Positions 50,918 to 61,141 of a stretch of DNA of 64,000 nt are shown here, piece after piece; positions within the stretch are counted from its first letter, which is position 1; every line of letters begins with the position of its first letter. The DNA lies in NCBI GenBank assembly GCA_963549225.1, contig CAUUWX010000002.1:115319-179318 (forward strand), written 5' to 3'. Under the pieces are notes generated by a model. It was not told the origin of the DNA, made no database searches, and saw only the letters and a list, made by a program, of their open reading frames with translations. A program made the position numbers and the translations under genes. This stretch comes from an uncultured Candidatus Saccharibacteria bacterium. Its GTDB lineage: Bacteria > Patescibacteriota > Saccharimonadia > Saccharimonadales > Saccharimonadaceae.

Positions 50918-51676
50918 TTATCCCTTATGTGCTTTTTCTATTATCTCCGTAAATTGATGTATATCCAAACTTGCTGCGCCAACCAATAATCCATCAAGTC
51001 CTGAAATTGCCAAATAATCAGCTGCGCTATCAACCGTTATACTACCGCCATATAGAATCCGCACTTCCTCGGCCGCCTTTTTACCGTACAAATGAGCAAC
51101 ATGCTGACGAATCATTTGCGTTGCTTTTTTTACATCAACCGGTTTAGCATTGTCGCCAGTACCAATCGCCCAAATTGGCTCGTAGGCAATTACTACCCTA
51201 TCCAGCTCCTCAGCCGTCACATTCGCCAGACCGCTAGTTAACTGATCAGCCAAAACGTCTCTCGTTTCACCCAAAGCCCGTTCTTGCGCCGTCTCGCCAA
51301 TACACAAAATCGGCTGAAGACGATTCCGAATCGCTGCCTGAACTTTCAATCTAATATCTTTATCGCTTTCAATAAAAATATATCGCCGCTCCGAATGCCC
51401 GATAAGTACATAGTCAGCAATCCCCCGAAGATGCGCCGCCGGCACTTCGCCAGTGTACGCGCCATGGTCGCGCCAATAGCAATTCTGCGCTGCCAACTTA
51501 GCAATTCGACGATTGATTTGCAAACTTAGACTCTGCAATGTTAATGTTGTAGGAGCTACAACAACCTCAACATCCCGACGCGGCTTTAGAACCTCCATTA
51601 GCTTATGCAGATACAAGCTCGCCTCTTGCATATTGAGATTCATCTTCCAGTTGCCAATGATTAATTTTTTTCTCAT
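50918..51676 (-). CDS. tpiA: Triosephosphate isomerase
   Basis: GNWKMN, GHSERR, AYEPIWAIGTG, LYGGS. Confidence 0.97.
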   Translation of the reverse strand: MRKKLIIGNWKMNLNMQEASLYLHKLMEVLKPRRDVEVVVAPTTLTLQSLSLQINRRIAKLAAQNCYWRDHGAYTGEVPAAHLRGIADYVLIGHSERRYIFIESDKDIRLKVQAAIRNRLQPILCIGETAQERALGETRDVLADQLTSGLANVTAEELDRVVIAYEPIWAIGTGDNAKPVDVKKATQMIRQHVAHLYGKKAAEEVRILYGGSITVDSAADYLAISGLDGLLVGAASLDIHQFTEIIEKAHKG

Positions 51677-51701
51677 GATGATAATCCTTATGCTTAGTTT
51701 A

Positions 51702-52940
51702 TCACCTCAGTCCATACACGTCTAGTAAACTTTCAATTCCCGGCAGTTTTTTACCCGCCATCAGCTCCATACTAGCACCGCCGCCAGTGGAAACGTGCGT
51801 AAAACTTTGCCCGTCATGACCGTCCCATTTTAAGATAAAATCAGCTGTATCGCCGCCGCCAACAATCGACACTGCATCCTTATTCTGAGCAATTGCCAAA
51901 GCTACACGCGCCGAACCAATTGAAAAAATCTTTGTCTCGGTATAACCGAGAGGCCCGTTCCAAATCACCGTTTTCGCAGTTGCCAAGACTTTCGTGAACG
52001 CCTCAATTGTCTGGCTGCCAATGTCTAGCGCCATATCATCTCTGGCAATTTTATCAACGCTAACCTCGCGGCGAGGCAGCTCGCTATAGGGATCGGGGGC
52101 TACCGCCACATCACTTGGCAAAACCAAAAAATCATCAACATGATCTACGCCGACCTTTTTTTCTGCTTTATCATAAATATCCTTAATTACCTGCTCCTGA
52201 CCAGACTCAGAGCTACTCTTGCCGATATTGCAGCCGCGGTATTGCAAGAAAGCATTTGCCATAGCGCCGCCAATTAAAATCCGATCAGCCTTATCAATCA
52301 ATCGCTTGATCAAAGCAATTTTATCGCTAACTTTAGCACCGCCGATAATCGCCACCAGCGGCGGCCGGGGATTTTTCATCGCCTTGGTAATAATTGTATA
52401 CTCTTTTTCCAGCAAAAAACCTGCCACGCCAGGCACGCATAGCGCAATGGCATGCGTACTAGCATGCGCTCGATGCGCTACCGCAAACCCGTCCTGCACG
52501 AAATAATCGGCGCGAACTGCCCGCTGAATTGATTTGGCAAACGTCAAATCATCAGCTTCTTCTTCCGGATAAAAGCGCAGATTTTCTAGCAAAATAACAC
52601 TGCCCAGAGGCGCACGGCGTACTGCTTGACGTACTTCATCGCCAACACAATCGCCAACGAACTGCACTTTCCGACCCAATAGTTCTGCCAAATGTTTAGC
52701 CACCACCTCCAGGCTCAGCTTCATATCCCAGCCCTTTGGACGCCCCAAATGCGACATGATAACGATCTTGCAATTCTGTTCCAGTAGGTACTTTAATGTC
52801 GGCAAGGAAGCGCGAATCCGCAAATCATCGGAAATTGTGCCCTTCTTTGTCAGCGGCACATTGTAATCTGCGCGCACTAAAACAGTCCGCCCGCGCAGAT
52901 TAACACCTCTAATCGTTTGTTTTGAAAATTGTTTGCCCAC
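51702..52940 (-). CDS. pgk: Phosphoglycerate kinase
   Basis: RADYNVP, SHLGRP, LLENLRF, GGAKVSDKI, WNGP, STGGGAS. Confidence 0.97.
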   Translation of the reverse strand: MGKQFSKQTIRGVNLRGRTVLVRADYNVPLTKKGTISDDLRIRASLPTLKYLLEQNCKIVIMSHLGRPKGWDMKLSLEVVAKHLAELLGRKVQFVGDCVGDEVRQAVRRAPLGSVILLENLRFYPEEEADDLTFAKSIQRAVRADYFVQDGFAVAHRAHASTHAIALCVPGVAGFLLEKEYTIITKAMKNPRPPLVAIIGGAKVSDKIALIKRLIDKADRILIGGAMANAFLQYRGCNIGKSSSESGQEQVIKDIYDKAEKKVGVDHVDDFLVLPSDVAVAPDPYSELPRREVSVDKIARDDMALDIGSQTIEAFTKVLATAKTVIWNGPLGYTETKIFSIGSARVALAIAQNKDAVSIVGGGDTADFILKWDGHDGQSFTHVSTGGGASMELMAGKKLPGIESLLDVYGLR

Positions 52941-52951
52941 CCAATATTTTC

Positions 52952-54373
52952 CTATGACAACGTCTTAACTTGAATATTATCCGTTTTACCCGGCTCAGGA
53001 TGATGGCCGCTTACCAACACAACCGTAACTGGATCCTCGCCAAAATAACCTTCCCGCTTCAATTCCTCAGCCAGCTTCGTCGCAGCGTTCAGCTCATTCG
53101 GACGAATGTATGGGCGAGAAGCATAGCTTAACGCTAATTTTTGCGCCGTCTTGACATTCTCGGTCACGCAAACAATCGGCAAGTTCGGACGATACGCACC
53201 GACATTAACCGCGGTAGCACCAGTATTAGTTTCAGCAATAATTGCCCGCGCCTTAATTCTTCTAGCCAGCTGCGCCGCTGTGTAGCTTAAAATCGCATCC
53301 GTTTTTTCGCGCATCTCAGTCTTATCGACCATCATCACTTCGCTATGTTCTTGGGTGTAGATAATCGTCTTACGCATCGCCCGAACAGTTTCTATAGGAT
53401 ATTTACCGTTGGCTGTCTCATCCGACAACATTACCACATCAGCGCCCTGAATGACGGCATTTGCCACGTCGCTCACTTCAGCGCGGCTTGGCTCAGGATT
53501 GTCGACCATACTGCCCATCATCTGTGTCGCCACGATCACCAGCTTGCAATATTTACGGCACAAAGCGATAATCCGCCGCTGCATCACCGGAACAATCTCC
53601 GCGCCAGCCTCTACCGCCAAGTCGCCGCGCGCCACCATAACGCCGTCGCTAGCTTTGACGATCTCTTCCAAATTTTCCGGATCAACTGCTGATTTTGTTT
53701 CGATCTTAGCAATGATATCGACCGTTGAGCCCAATTCCACCAGCCTCTGCCGAAGATCAATAATATCGTCGGCCTTCTGCACAAAGCTCAGCGCCACATA
53801 ATCAAAGTCCTGCTTAGCGCCCCACTCCAGATCGGCGATATCTTTCGACGTCATAATATCGCCGCCAAAATCCGTATCCGGCAAATTCAGCCCCTTGCGG
53901 CTCATCAAAAATCCGTCATTTTGAACTTCCACGCGAATCGCCGTCGAACTAACAATTTCCCGCACAATCGTCTTAATCTTTCCATCAAACATGTAAAGCG
54001 GCTCGCCGACTTTCATCTTTTCTGCCAAATTATACTGCACCGGCAAATTAAAGCTGCCGTCATGTTCGGCAATTTCTGAATCCAAAATCAGCATATCGCC
54101 AGCCTTAACATCCAGCATATTGTCTTTCAGGATGCCCAGGCGAATCTTTGGTCCTTGCAAATCCTGTAAAATCGCTACTGGCTTGCCTAACCTTTGACTA
54201 GCCGTACGCACCCAATTAATCTGCTCCAACCGGCTTTCATTATCGCCATGGCTAAAATTCATGCGAATGCCGTTAACGCCAGCGTCCAGCAGTTGAAAAA
54301 CTTTCTCCTGGCTGAATGTTGCCGGGCCAATTGTTGCTAATATTTTTGTCCTCTTAAATACATTGTTACTCAT
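52952..54373 (-). CDS. pyk: Pyruvate kinase
   Basis: RTKILATIGP, RMNFSHG, DLQGPKIR, AKIE, MVARGDL, MLSDETA. Confidence 0.97.
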   Translation of the reverse strand: MSNNVFKRTKILATIGPATFSQEKVFQLLDAGVNGIRMNFSHGDNESRLEQINWVRTASQRLGKPVAILQDLQGPKIRLGILKDNMLDVKAGDMLILDSEIAEHDGSFNLPVQYNLAEKMKVGEPLYMFDGKIKTIVREIVSSTAIRVEVQNDGFLMSRKGLNLPDTDFGGDIMTSKDIADLEWGAKQDFDYVALSFVQKADDIIDLRQRLVELGSTVDIIAKIETKSAVDPENLEEIVKASDGVMVARGDLAVEAGAEIVPVMQRRIIALCRKYCKLVIVATQMMGSMVDNPEPSRAEVSDVANAVIQGADVVMLSDETANGKYPIETVRAMRKTIIYTQEHSEVMMVDKTEMREKTDAILSYTAAQLARRIKARAIIAETNTGATAVNVGAYRPNLPIVCVTENVKTAQKLALSYASRPYIRPNELNAATKLAEELKREGYFGEDPVTVVLVSGHHPEPGKTDNIQVKTLS

Positions 54374-54486
54374 TTTTCAAATTATAACACTATTTAAACA
54401 GATATAGTAGTGGTACTACGGCATATTAATCCGATAATTTTCAACAATATTAGCCCTTATTCAATTATGTAAATCATTTACAATAA

Positions 54487-54921
54487 CTAATTCACACCCC
54501 CGGCACTGTCCAATACTCCTGAACAATAGCTTGGACTTGTACTAGTTGAGTTATTGTAGCTTGCTCTCAGATCATACCTGTATCTCTTTGAAAAGAAAAC
54601 GTAGCTTAGATAAGACTTTCGGTGTATTACGTCCGCTCTATTGCCTTTGCTAAAATAAGTATCATTACCTTCACCGCCCTCGAGACGATCGCTACCCTGG
54701 GCCGCCAACAAAGAGCGCTGCTACCATTTAGGCCTCGTAAGTCTCAGCACAGCCGCAAGCGGCGCGGTATCAATAATCTTCTGATATTCAATCGATCTCG
54801 GGTAAAATGTTCGCGTAAATGAGTAAATTCTGTATCTGAAATAAGTCCGCGACCGCGCAGCGCTCGCGTTACTTCTGCCAATATCTTTCGCCAGTTGCCG
54901 CGTCAGATTGAAGTTGTTCAT
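54487..54921 (-). pseudogene. Probable gene remnant containing an RTX-type Ca-binding nonapeptide
   Basis: Two in-frame ORFs separated by one TAG (54721-54723). The second carries GSDRLEGGEGNDTYF. Lies just downstream of the tRNA-Glu 3' end. Confidence 0.35.
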
Positions 54922-54987
54922 CTAAGTGTAGATACTCTCCAGAAATACCGTATATAAGCCTCCTAAAATCGGCGCTTTAGCGGCAGT

Positions 54988-55062
54988 TGGTGACCTTACC
55001 GGGAATCGAACCCGGGTTACCAGGATGAGAACCTGGTGTCCTAACCGCTAGACGATAAGGCC
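54988..55062 (-). tRNA. tRNA-Glu (CTC)
   Basis: GGCCTTA...TAAGGTC-A-CCA, anticodon arm CCAGG-TT-CTC-AT-CCTGG, GTTCGA T-loop. Confidence 0.96.
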
Positions 55063-55144
55063 TCAACGCCAGTTATTGTAGCAGAAACCTAGCCCTGTGT
55101 CTATACGCGTACTACAAATAGCTCTTACGCTCATTGATCGTTTA

Positions 55145-55173
55145 TTGACTTTTCTAAAAATATTCTGTATAAT
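55145..55173 (+). promoter_or_regulatory. Sigma70 promoter TTGACT-17-TATAAT for the LPKTG surface protein
   Basis: Near-consensus boxes with a 17-nt spacer. Confidence 0.7.
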
Positions 55174-55247
55174 AACAGTTATTAAATGTAGATTTAATAA
55201 TGTGTTAACTGGCAGTGGAGCTAGCTAACAGCAAGGAGGAGCGATGC

Positions 55248-56843
55248 ATGCGTAAATATATCAATTGGCTGCAAAATGCGCCAAAGCAATTTTATGCACT
55301 GGCTATGATCGCGGCAGTGTCCGCAGTTTTACCAGTTGCATTGAACGCTTTGGGTCCGACAAACAACACGGACGCAGCTTTTACTATCGATAAGAAAGTT
55401 CGAGTCGCTGGTACAACCGAATGGAAAGATAGCACTACCGCCAAACCCGGCGATACTGTCGAATACCAAGTAACCTACACCAACAAAAGTAAAATTCGCC
55501 AACTCAATGTCGCTTTACACGATAAAATGGGCAAAGGTTTGCGGTACGTAGCTAACTCGTCTGTCCTAAACGGTACCAAACTATCTGACAAACTCATGGA
55601 AAGCGGCGTAAACCTCGGACATCACGATTCGGGCGGTAATGCCGTCGTTTATTATAAAGCCGTCATTCCTAATAAAGAGAACTTGTCATGCGGCACGACG
55701 GTGCTAAAAAACACCGCCACCATTAACGTCGGCAACACTCCTAAGAGTGATGAAGCGACAGTTACCGTAGAAAACGAATGCGCGCAAGCTCCAATTTACA
55801 AGTGTAACTCGCTAACCATTGAGAAGATTTCTCAAGATGACTTCAAGTTTTCCGTACAATACACAGCATCAAACGGCGCAGTGTTTAAGAAGGTAGTGTA
55901 TAAGGTCTATGACGCCAATAGCAATGAAGTTTACAGCTCAGACAAAGGCAACTTCAATGGCTTTAAACCAGGTAAATATACCGCCAAAGCTTTCATTACC
56001 GTGGCGGTAGATGGCTCAGAAAAGACTGTCACCAGCGAAACTTGCGAAAAGCAATTCGTTATCGACGGGCAGGCTACTCCTAAAAAATCAAGCGTTAAAA
56101 TCGACAAGCTAGTAGAAAACGCCGAACAAAAAGCGGTTGGCGTTAATAAAGAATTCACTTACCAAATTAAAGTCGCCAACAACGGCGAAACTAGCCTTAA
56201 AAACGTCGCTGTCACCGACAATGCGCCAGCAGGTATAACCTTCACTAAGGCTAGCGCTGGCGCACTAAAAGACAACAAGTGGAACTACACTATCGCTGAA
56301 TTACAGCCTGGACAATCTGTAAGCTTTACAATTACCGCGAAAGCTCCGGCTGCTGTAAATGGCGCAGTTAAAAACACCGCCTGCGCAGATATCCCGGAAA
56401 CCGCGGCAAATGCGCCAGACAGCTGTGATAGCGCAACCGTGACAGTTGAGGCGGCTAATAATCCAAAACCGACAGAACCGAACGACAATAAGAATCCAGC
56501 AAAGCCGTCAAAACCGACAGAGCCAGCGAAACCATCAACACCAACTAATCCAAAAACTCCATCAAATCCCGCAAATCCTTCGACACCGACGACGCCATCA
56601 AACCCAACACCGGCAGCACCAAGCAAACCCTCAGCCCCAGCATCCCCATCTCCGACACAGCCGCCATCTCCAACATCCCCACCCCCATCGACAACAAACA
56701 CCGAATCAACAACAAAAAATTCTCCAGCAGAACCGGCTGCTTTGCCAAAAACCGGTATGAATGACCCGCTAGTTGGCGGACTTGGACTCGGCGCATTGAT
56801 GACAGCTGGTCTAGCCTACGCCATTAGCCGGCGTCGTATATAG
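55248..56843 (+). CDS. Surface protein with DUF11/Ig-like domains, Pro/Thr-rich stalk and LPKTG sortase motif
   Basis: Signal peptide, two repeats of IDK.V...(PGD/VNK).V.Y...N, ~95-aa P/T/S/N linker, LPKTG + TM + RRRI. SD AAGGAGG. Confidence 0.87.
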   Translation: MRKYINWLQNAPKQFYALAMIAAVSAVLPVALNALGPTNNTDAAFTIDKKVRVAGTTEWKDSTTAKPGDTVEYQVTYTNKSKIRQLNVALHDKMGKGLRYVANSSVLNGTKLSDKLMESGVNLGHHDSGGNAVVYYKAVIPNKENLSCGTTVLKNTATINVGNTPKSDEATVTVENECAQAPIYKCNSLTIEKISQDDFKFSVQYTASNGAVFKKVVYKVYDANSNEVYSSDKGNFNGFKPGKYTAKAFITVAVDGSEKTVTSETCEKQFVIDGQATPKKSSVKIDKLVENAEQKAVGVNKEFTYQIKVANNGETSLKNVAVTDNAPAGITFTKASAGALKDNKWNYTIAELQPGQSVSFTITAKAPAAVNGAVKNTACADIPETAANAPDSCDSATVTVEAANNPKPTEPNDNKNPAKPSKPTEPAKPSTPTNPKTPSNPANPSTPTTPSNPTPAAPSKPSAPASPSPTQPPSPTSPPPSTTNTESTTKNSPAEPAALPKTGMNDPLVGGLGLGALMTAGLAYAISRRRI

Positions 56844-56893
56844 AGACTGACCGCTCCAAAATCTTTTTCTGAAGCGTTCAGTTTCAGATAGTG

Positions 56894-56924
56894 CACTCCC
56901 TGTTTAGCAGGGAGTGTCTTTGTT
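56894..56924 (+). terminator. Rho-independent terminator
   Basis: CACTCCCTG / CAGGGAGTG stem followed by TCTTTGTT. Confidence 0.8.
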
Positions 56925-56939
56925 GTATAATAGAAATAC

Positions 56940-57152
56940 ATGGCAAAGCAGAAGAAAAAACGCAGTAAGAAATATTCCGGCGTAGACGCCGCCTCTAAGC
57001 GTCCAAGCGTTACTAAAATAACCGCCGTCAACCGCTCGAAAACATCGCAGTGGTTGTTTGATCGGAAATCACTGCTTAAACCAGCCGGTATAACCCTAGT
57101 TATTATATTAATAATTGTCTTAATTCTGTCGGGAATTTTCCGCCTATTTTAA
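56940..57152 (+). CDS. Small basic protein with C-terminal TM
   Basis: MAKQKKKRSKKYSG..., TM at C-terminus, TATAAT 8 nt upstream of ATG. Confidence 0.75.
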   Translation: MAKQKKKRSKKYSGVDAASKRPSVTKITAVNRSKTSQWLFDRKSLLKPAGITLVIILIIVLILSGIFRLF

Positions 57153-57160
57153 TATTTTAC

Positions 57161-58732
57161 CTAAGGTTTACCTGCTGGAATTCTGAATCCAAACACGCTG
57201 CCTTTCCCCTCCTCTGATGAAAATATTATTTCTCCGCCATGAAAGAGAATAACTTTCCTCGCTAAAAATAAGCCTACCCCAGTTCCATCCGGCCGTTTCC
57301 TCCTGGCATTTGAGCCGCGGAAAAATTTACCAAACAAATTCGACTGCTCGGCTTTCGGCACGCCAATACCCGAATCTTTCACTGTAAATTCGATAAAGTC
57401 GCCTTTTTTAGACAGATTTATCGCTACGTCTTTATTAGGCTTGGAATAGTAGATGGCGTTATCGATCATGTTTAATATAACTTGGCGAATTTTTTCGGCG
57501 TCAATTTTAACTTCCGGTATATTTTTATTAATTTTTACCTTCAGCTTTACTGACCGCTGGCTAGCCACCACTTTCAACAGAGCAACTTCTTCTTTTACAA
57601 TTTGCGCAATGTCGGTTTTCTGCTTGTCAATCACAAACTTACCAGTTTGCAGGCGCGAGACGTTCAAAAAATCGTTAATTAGCCGCACCATTCGCTCACT
57701 AGAAGAAAAAGCCTCCCTTAGAACAGCCTTCTGAGTTGACGACACTCTACCCAAATCACCCTCAAGCAGCATATCCAAATATCCTTTGATACTAGTTAGC
57801 GGCGTTCTTAGCTGGTGCGATGCCATTGAAATAAACTCATTCTTTGACTCATCGAGCCGCTGAAGCTGGCGGTTGGTTAATCTCAATTCTTTAGTCGATT
57901 CGTCAATTTTACGCTGCAAAGTATCGTTCAGCCGCTTAATTTCCTCTACCGACAAAGCGTTCTGAATCGAGATTGCCAATTCGCTAGCCACCGACTCCAG
58001 AATGCAGATATTCCGCCGGCTATATTTACGCCCTTTACGCTCGCCTAAAAATAGTATGCCCGCCTCGCGATCTTGCTGCATCAAAGGAATTGCCACCGCA
58101 GTTTTATGCAGCTTAAATAACTTCTGTAAACTTTTATCTTTAATATCCTTGGCAATAATCGCCTCGGGAAAACTATAATGCTTCCAATAGTACTGCATAA
58201 TTTTTCGCGTATCATCTTCAATTACCGCATAGCGCTGGCGCCCAGCCCGGCCGTAAATACCTTTACTAGGAATGCAAAACGCGACTTTTTCCAGCTTAAA
58301 TTCCCGCATAATATAGCTGCTGATTCGCCTGAGCAATAGCTGCAAATCAGTAGTTTGCGCTAATATGGCCGATAAACCTTGGGAGAAATCTTCAAAATTA
58401 CACTCATTGCGATAAAATATTTTATCAGTATACGTGTCAAAAAACTTTTTTATCGGCTGGAAAAGAAATGCCAAAACCACCGCCAGAATAACATCTATCG
58501 GCTCCAGGCTAGACCCCAGCGCAATATTTTCGTACAGCAGCAGCTTGGATATCGCATAGGATAAAACAAAATAAATACCAGCCAAAGAGCCGATCAGCAG
58601 CACATAGACGACGCCGCGCGTGAGCGCCGCCTTAGCACCTATTTTTTTATAACGGGAAACCGAAACATGGATAGCAACCGCCGCTAATATAACCGCCAGA
58701 GCAACCATAAGAATAGAATTGTGCGCTGTCAT
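57161..58732 (-). CDS. Sensor histidine kinase (TM + GAF + HisKA + HATPase)
   Basis: H-box ASHQLRTPL, N-box NMIDNAIYYS, DSGIG, GTGVGL. GAF-like segment upstream. Confidence 0.92.
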   Translation of the reverse strand: MTAHNSILMVALAVILAAVAIHVSVSRYKKIGAKAALTRGVVYVLLIGSLAGIYFVLSYAISKLLLYENIALGSSLEPIDVILAVVLAFLFQPIKKFFDTYTDKIFYRNECNFEDFSQGLSAILAQTTDLQLLLRRISSYIMREFKLEKVAFCIPSKGIYGRAGRQRYAVIEDDTRKIMQYYWKHYSFPEAIIAKDIKDKSLQKLFKLHKTAVAIPLMQQDREAGILFLGERKGRKYSRRNICILESVASELAISIQNALSVEEIKRLNDTLQRKIDESTKELRLTNRQLQRLDESKNEFISMASHQLRTPLTSIKGYLDMLLEGDLGRVSSTQKAVLREAFSSSERMVRLINDFLNVSRLQTGKFVIDKQKTDIAQIVKEEVALLKVVASQRSVKLKVKINKNIPEVKIDAEKIRQVILNMIDNAIYYSKPNKDVAINLSKKGDFIEFTVKDSGIGVPKAEQSNLFGKFFRGSNARRKRPDGTGVGLFLARKVILFHGGEIIFSSEEGKGSVFGFRIPAGKP

Positions 58733-58783
58733 GCTAATGTTTATTATAACATCCAACCCGGTAATTCATGCTATACTTTTATT

Positions 58784-59155
58784 ATGATAAAGATTGTTAT
58801 TATTGAAGACGATCCAACCATCAGCCAGATGTACCGCATAAAATTTGAGTCTGATGGTTTTGAGGTGCATTTGGCGGCAAACGGGCAAATTGGTATTAAT
58901 GTAGCAGAAAAAGTCCGACCGGACATAATCTTACTAGATCTACAAATGCCAGAGATGGACGGCACCGAAGCGCTTAAAATAATCCGTTCTCAAGATTGGG
59001 GTAAAACTGTGCCAGTTATTATACTAACCAACCTTGGCGAAGAAGAAGCGCCGCGCGAACTGCGGAGCCTGGGCGTTGATAGCTACATTGTCAAGGCAAA
59101 CTACACGCCGCGCCAAGTTGTCGAGCAAGTCAAATCAGCCATAAAAAACGACTAA
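58784..59155 (+). CDS. Single-domain response regulator (CheY-like)
   Basis: IIEDD, LLDLQMP (phospho-Asp), LTN, YIVK. Start at ATG 58784. Confidence 0.92.
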   Translation: MIKIVIIEDDPTISQMYRIKFESDGFEVHLAANGQIGINVAEKVRPDIILLDLQMPEMDGTEALKIIRSQDWGKTVPVIILTNLGEEEAPRELRSLGVDSYIVKANYTPRQVVEQVKSAIKND

Positions 59156-59169
59156 CTGATAAATAATAT

Positions 59170-59979
59170 CTAATTAGTTTTTGCTGGTAATTTTAGACAG
59201 GCGTTAATGACGTTGTCAAACAGCGCAGCGACCGTAAGCGGGCCGACACCGCCTTTTTTAGGCGTGATGGTAATATCATTCCGCTGGCGAACCTCCTCTA
59301 CCGTGTCGCCAACTATCCTACCGTTCTCCGACGCCGTTCCCGCATCAATAACCACGGCTTTCGGTTTTATCATCTGGTTCGTTATTAATCCTGGAACTCC
59401 CGTAGCCGACACGATAACGTCATAATTTATCAATTCACTCAAGTCATCGCCTTTCTCAAACACCGTAGTATCAATTCCAGACTTCTGCCACATTCGCTCC
59501 AGCGGCGCGCCGACCAGCCGTCCGCGCCCCACAATCGCTATTTTTTTTCCTTTCAGTTCAATACCATATCCAGCCAGCAGCCAATTGATGGCTATCGGCG
59601 TTGCGGCATCAAAAATCGCATTTCGGCGCAAACCGTCAGCATCCTTCTCTTTATCAACGCTTTCTAATAATTCATCTGTTTGCTCCGGGTTATCTACAGG
59701 CAATTGGACAATTATCCCTTGCACATCTTGCCTGGTGTTCAATTCTTTTATTATATTTAGCGCTTGCCCTGAAGCTGCTCGATGAATTTCCACATCAATT
59801 AGAATATCCGCACCGTACCGCTGTTTTAAGCGCATATATGTCTCAATTACTGGATTCTGGACATCTGTCACAATTGCTAAGCGCGGCTGTATATGGCGCG
59901 CTTGGCGTAGCGCTCGTACTTGCTTAGCTTGGCGCTCCTTGATAAAACCCGCCAATTCCGATCCGTTTAGCTCTCTCAT
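59170..59979 (-). CDS. folD: Methylenetetrahydrofolate dehydrogenase/cyclohydrolase
   Basis: GIIVQLP, EKDADG, VGRGRLVGAP, IDAG, GGVGPLTV. Confidence 0.9.
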   Translation of the reverse strand: MRELNGSELAGFIKERQAKQVRALRQARHIQPRLAIVTDVQNPVIETYMRLKQRYGADILIDVEIHRAASGQALNIIKELNTRQDVQGIIVQLPVDNPEQTDELLESVDKEKDADGLRRNAIFDAATPIAINWLLAGYGIELKGKKIAIVGRGRLVGAPLERMWQKSGIDTTVFEKGDDLSELINYDVIVSATGVPGLITNQMIKPKAVVIDAGTASENGRIVGDTVEEVRQRNDITITPKKGGVGPLTVAALFDNVINACLKLPAKTN

Positions 59980-60054
59980 TTTACCCAGTATAACAATTAC
60001 CGCTCCTTGAGTACAGAGATAACCTGTGGTATAATCTGAAAAGCTTGGGTTTCT

Positions 60055-60133
60055 GGCGGATGTAGCTCAGTTTGGTTAGAGCGCTGGATTGTGGCTCCGG
60101 AGGCCGTGGGTTCGAACCCCATCATTCGCCCCA
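60055..60133 (+). tRNA. tRNA-His (GTG)
   Basis: Encoded G-1, GCGGATG/CATTCGC acceptor stem, C73, CCA. Anticodon arm CTGGA-TT-GTG-GC-TCCGG. Confidence 0.96.
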
Positions 60134-60218
60134 AGTCCTATCGCGGTTTACTTTTCTAGTGAATCGTGATATAATAAAAGTATGGACATTCTTATTGATT
60201 GTCGTATAATTGAACTAT

Positions 60219-60295
60219 GGGCCAGTAGCTCAGCTGGTTAGAGCACCTGCCTCTTAAGCAGGGTGTCGAGGGTTCAAGCCCCTCCTGGCCCTCCA
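60219..60295 (+). tRNA. tRNA-Lys (CTT)
   Basis: GGGCCAG/CTGGCCC-T-CCA. Anticodon arm CCTGC-CT-CTT-AA-GCAGG. Confidence 0.95.
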
Positions 60296-60310
60296 GGATA
60301 GAGTTTCAAT

Positions 60311-60339
60311 AAAACATCGCTCCGATAGAGCGATGTTTT
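60311..60339. terminator. Bidirectional rho-independent terminator
   Basis: AAAACATCGCTC / GAGCGATGTTTT perfect 12-bp stem. Confidence 0.88.
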
Positions 60340-60416
60340 GATTTAACAGCGAGGAGCATTTGGATGTTCAACGCACGGCAGTGCAGCCACGAACAAACCT
60401 ATACGGTCAAATCTCT

Positions 60417-61058
60417 CTACAGCACCTCCTGCAGCAATGATAATATAGAGGCCTTTATATCGTCGTCGGCTTTTATCTTCTGCTCTTCATTTAGCTCTGT
60501 GTAGTATATCCATTCTCCATTAATGTTGAGCTGCATAATTGACGACAGAAAATATCCTGGCACCAGTTCTGGTTTTCGAGGTGTACTTACTAAGCGGGCT
60601 GGCAATTCCGATGAACTTGCAACAATTTTTATTCTTTGACGATCTGTCTTAGTTTTATAGGCGATAGCATGCCCGTAACGAAACGTCATTGGAATTGTTC
60701 CGCCATACTTTTTCGCAAGATCGGTGTAATATTTAATGGCATTGTCATCTGTGAAATCGCCATATTTCAGCCTCACTGGCTCTTTAATAAATGCACCTGG
60801 ATTATCCTCGCTAGCAACTCCCTCAAATGAGATAGTGTCGTCTTGCGTTAAAACTATAGTACCCTCATCAACATATTGGACATAACCTAGCGCTTTTTGG
60901 GCGGCAATTTCAACCCCAGATCCAGCTGTCTCGGCAGGTTCGGGCAACTCCGTTGGCAAATCAGCAAGCGAGACAATTTCTACTGGCGCATCGACTAGCA
61001 GCCGTTTGATCCTGGATACTTTGTTATGATTTGTAGTTGCAATTAGTATTTTTCTCAT
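60417..61058 (-). CDS. Ham1/ITPase-like (non-canonical NTP pyrophosphatase fold) protein, divergent
   Basis: KILIATTNHNK, EPAET, AAQKA, QDD...PG motifs. The canonical C-terminal SHR motif is not evident. Confidence 0.65.
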   Translation of the reverse strand: MRKILIATTNHNKVSRIKRLLVDAPVEIVSLADLPTELPEPAETAGSGVEIAAQKALGYVQYVDEGTIVLTQDDTISFEGVASEDNPGAFIKEPVRLKYGDFTDDNAIKYYTDLAKKYGGTIPMTFRYGHAIAYKTKTDRQRIKIVASSSELPARLVSTPRKPELVPGYFLSSIMQLNINGEWIYYTELNEEQKIKADDDIKASILSLLQEVL

Positions 61059-61141
61059 GATAGTTCCTGCATACTCTGTCATTAATTCTAATTTAGCGTC
61101 TGGCATACGCTGCAAAGAAAGCAATTTTTTATAAATGGCTT

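Noticed and set aside
56455..56745. Repetitive C/A-rich DNA as a possible CRISPR or tandem array
   Set aside because: Imperfect, codon-phased repeats encoding the Pro/Thr stalk of the LPKTG protein. No constant repeat-spacer period and no cas genes.
60140..60172. G-U-rich hairpin between tRNA-His and tRNA-Lys as a novel sRNA
   Set aside because: Adequately explained as a terminator or processing stem overlapping a downstream TATAAT box.
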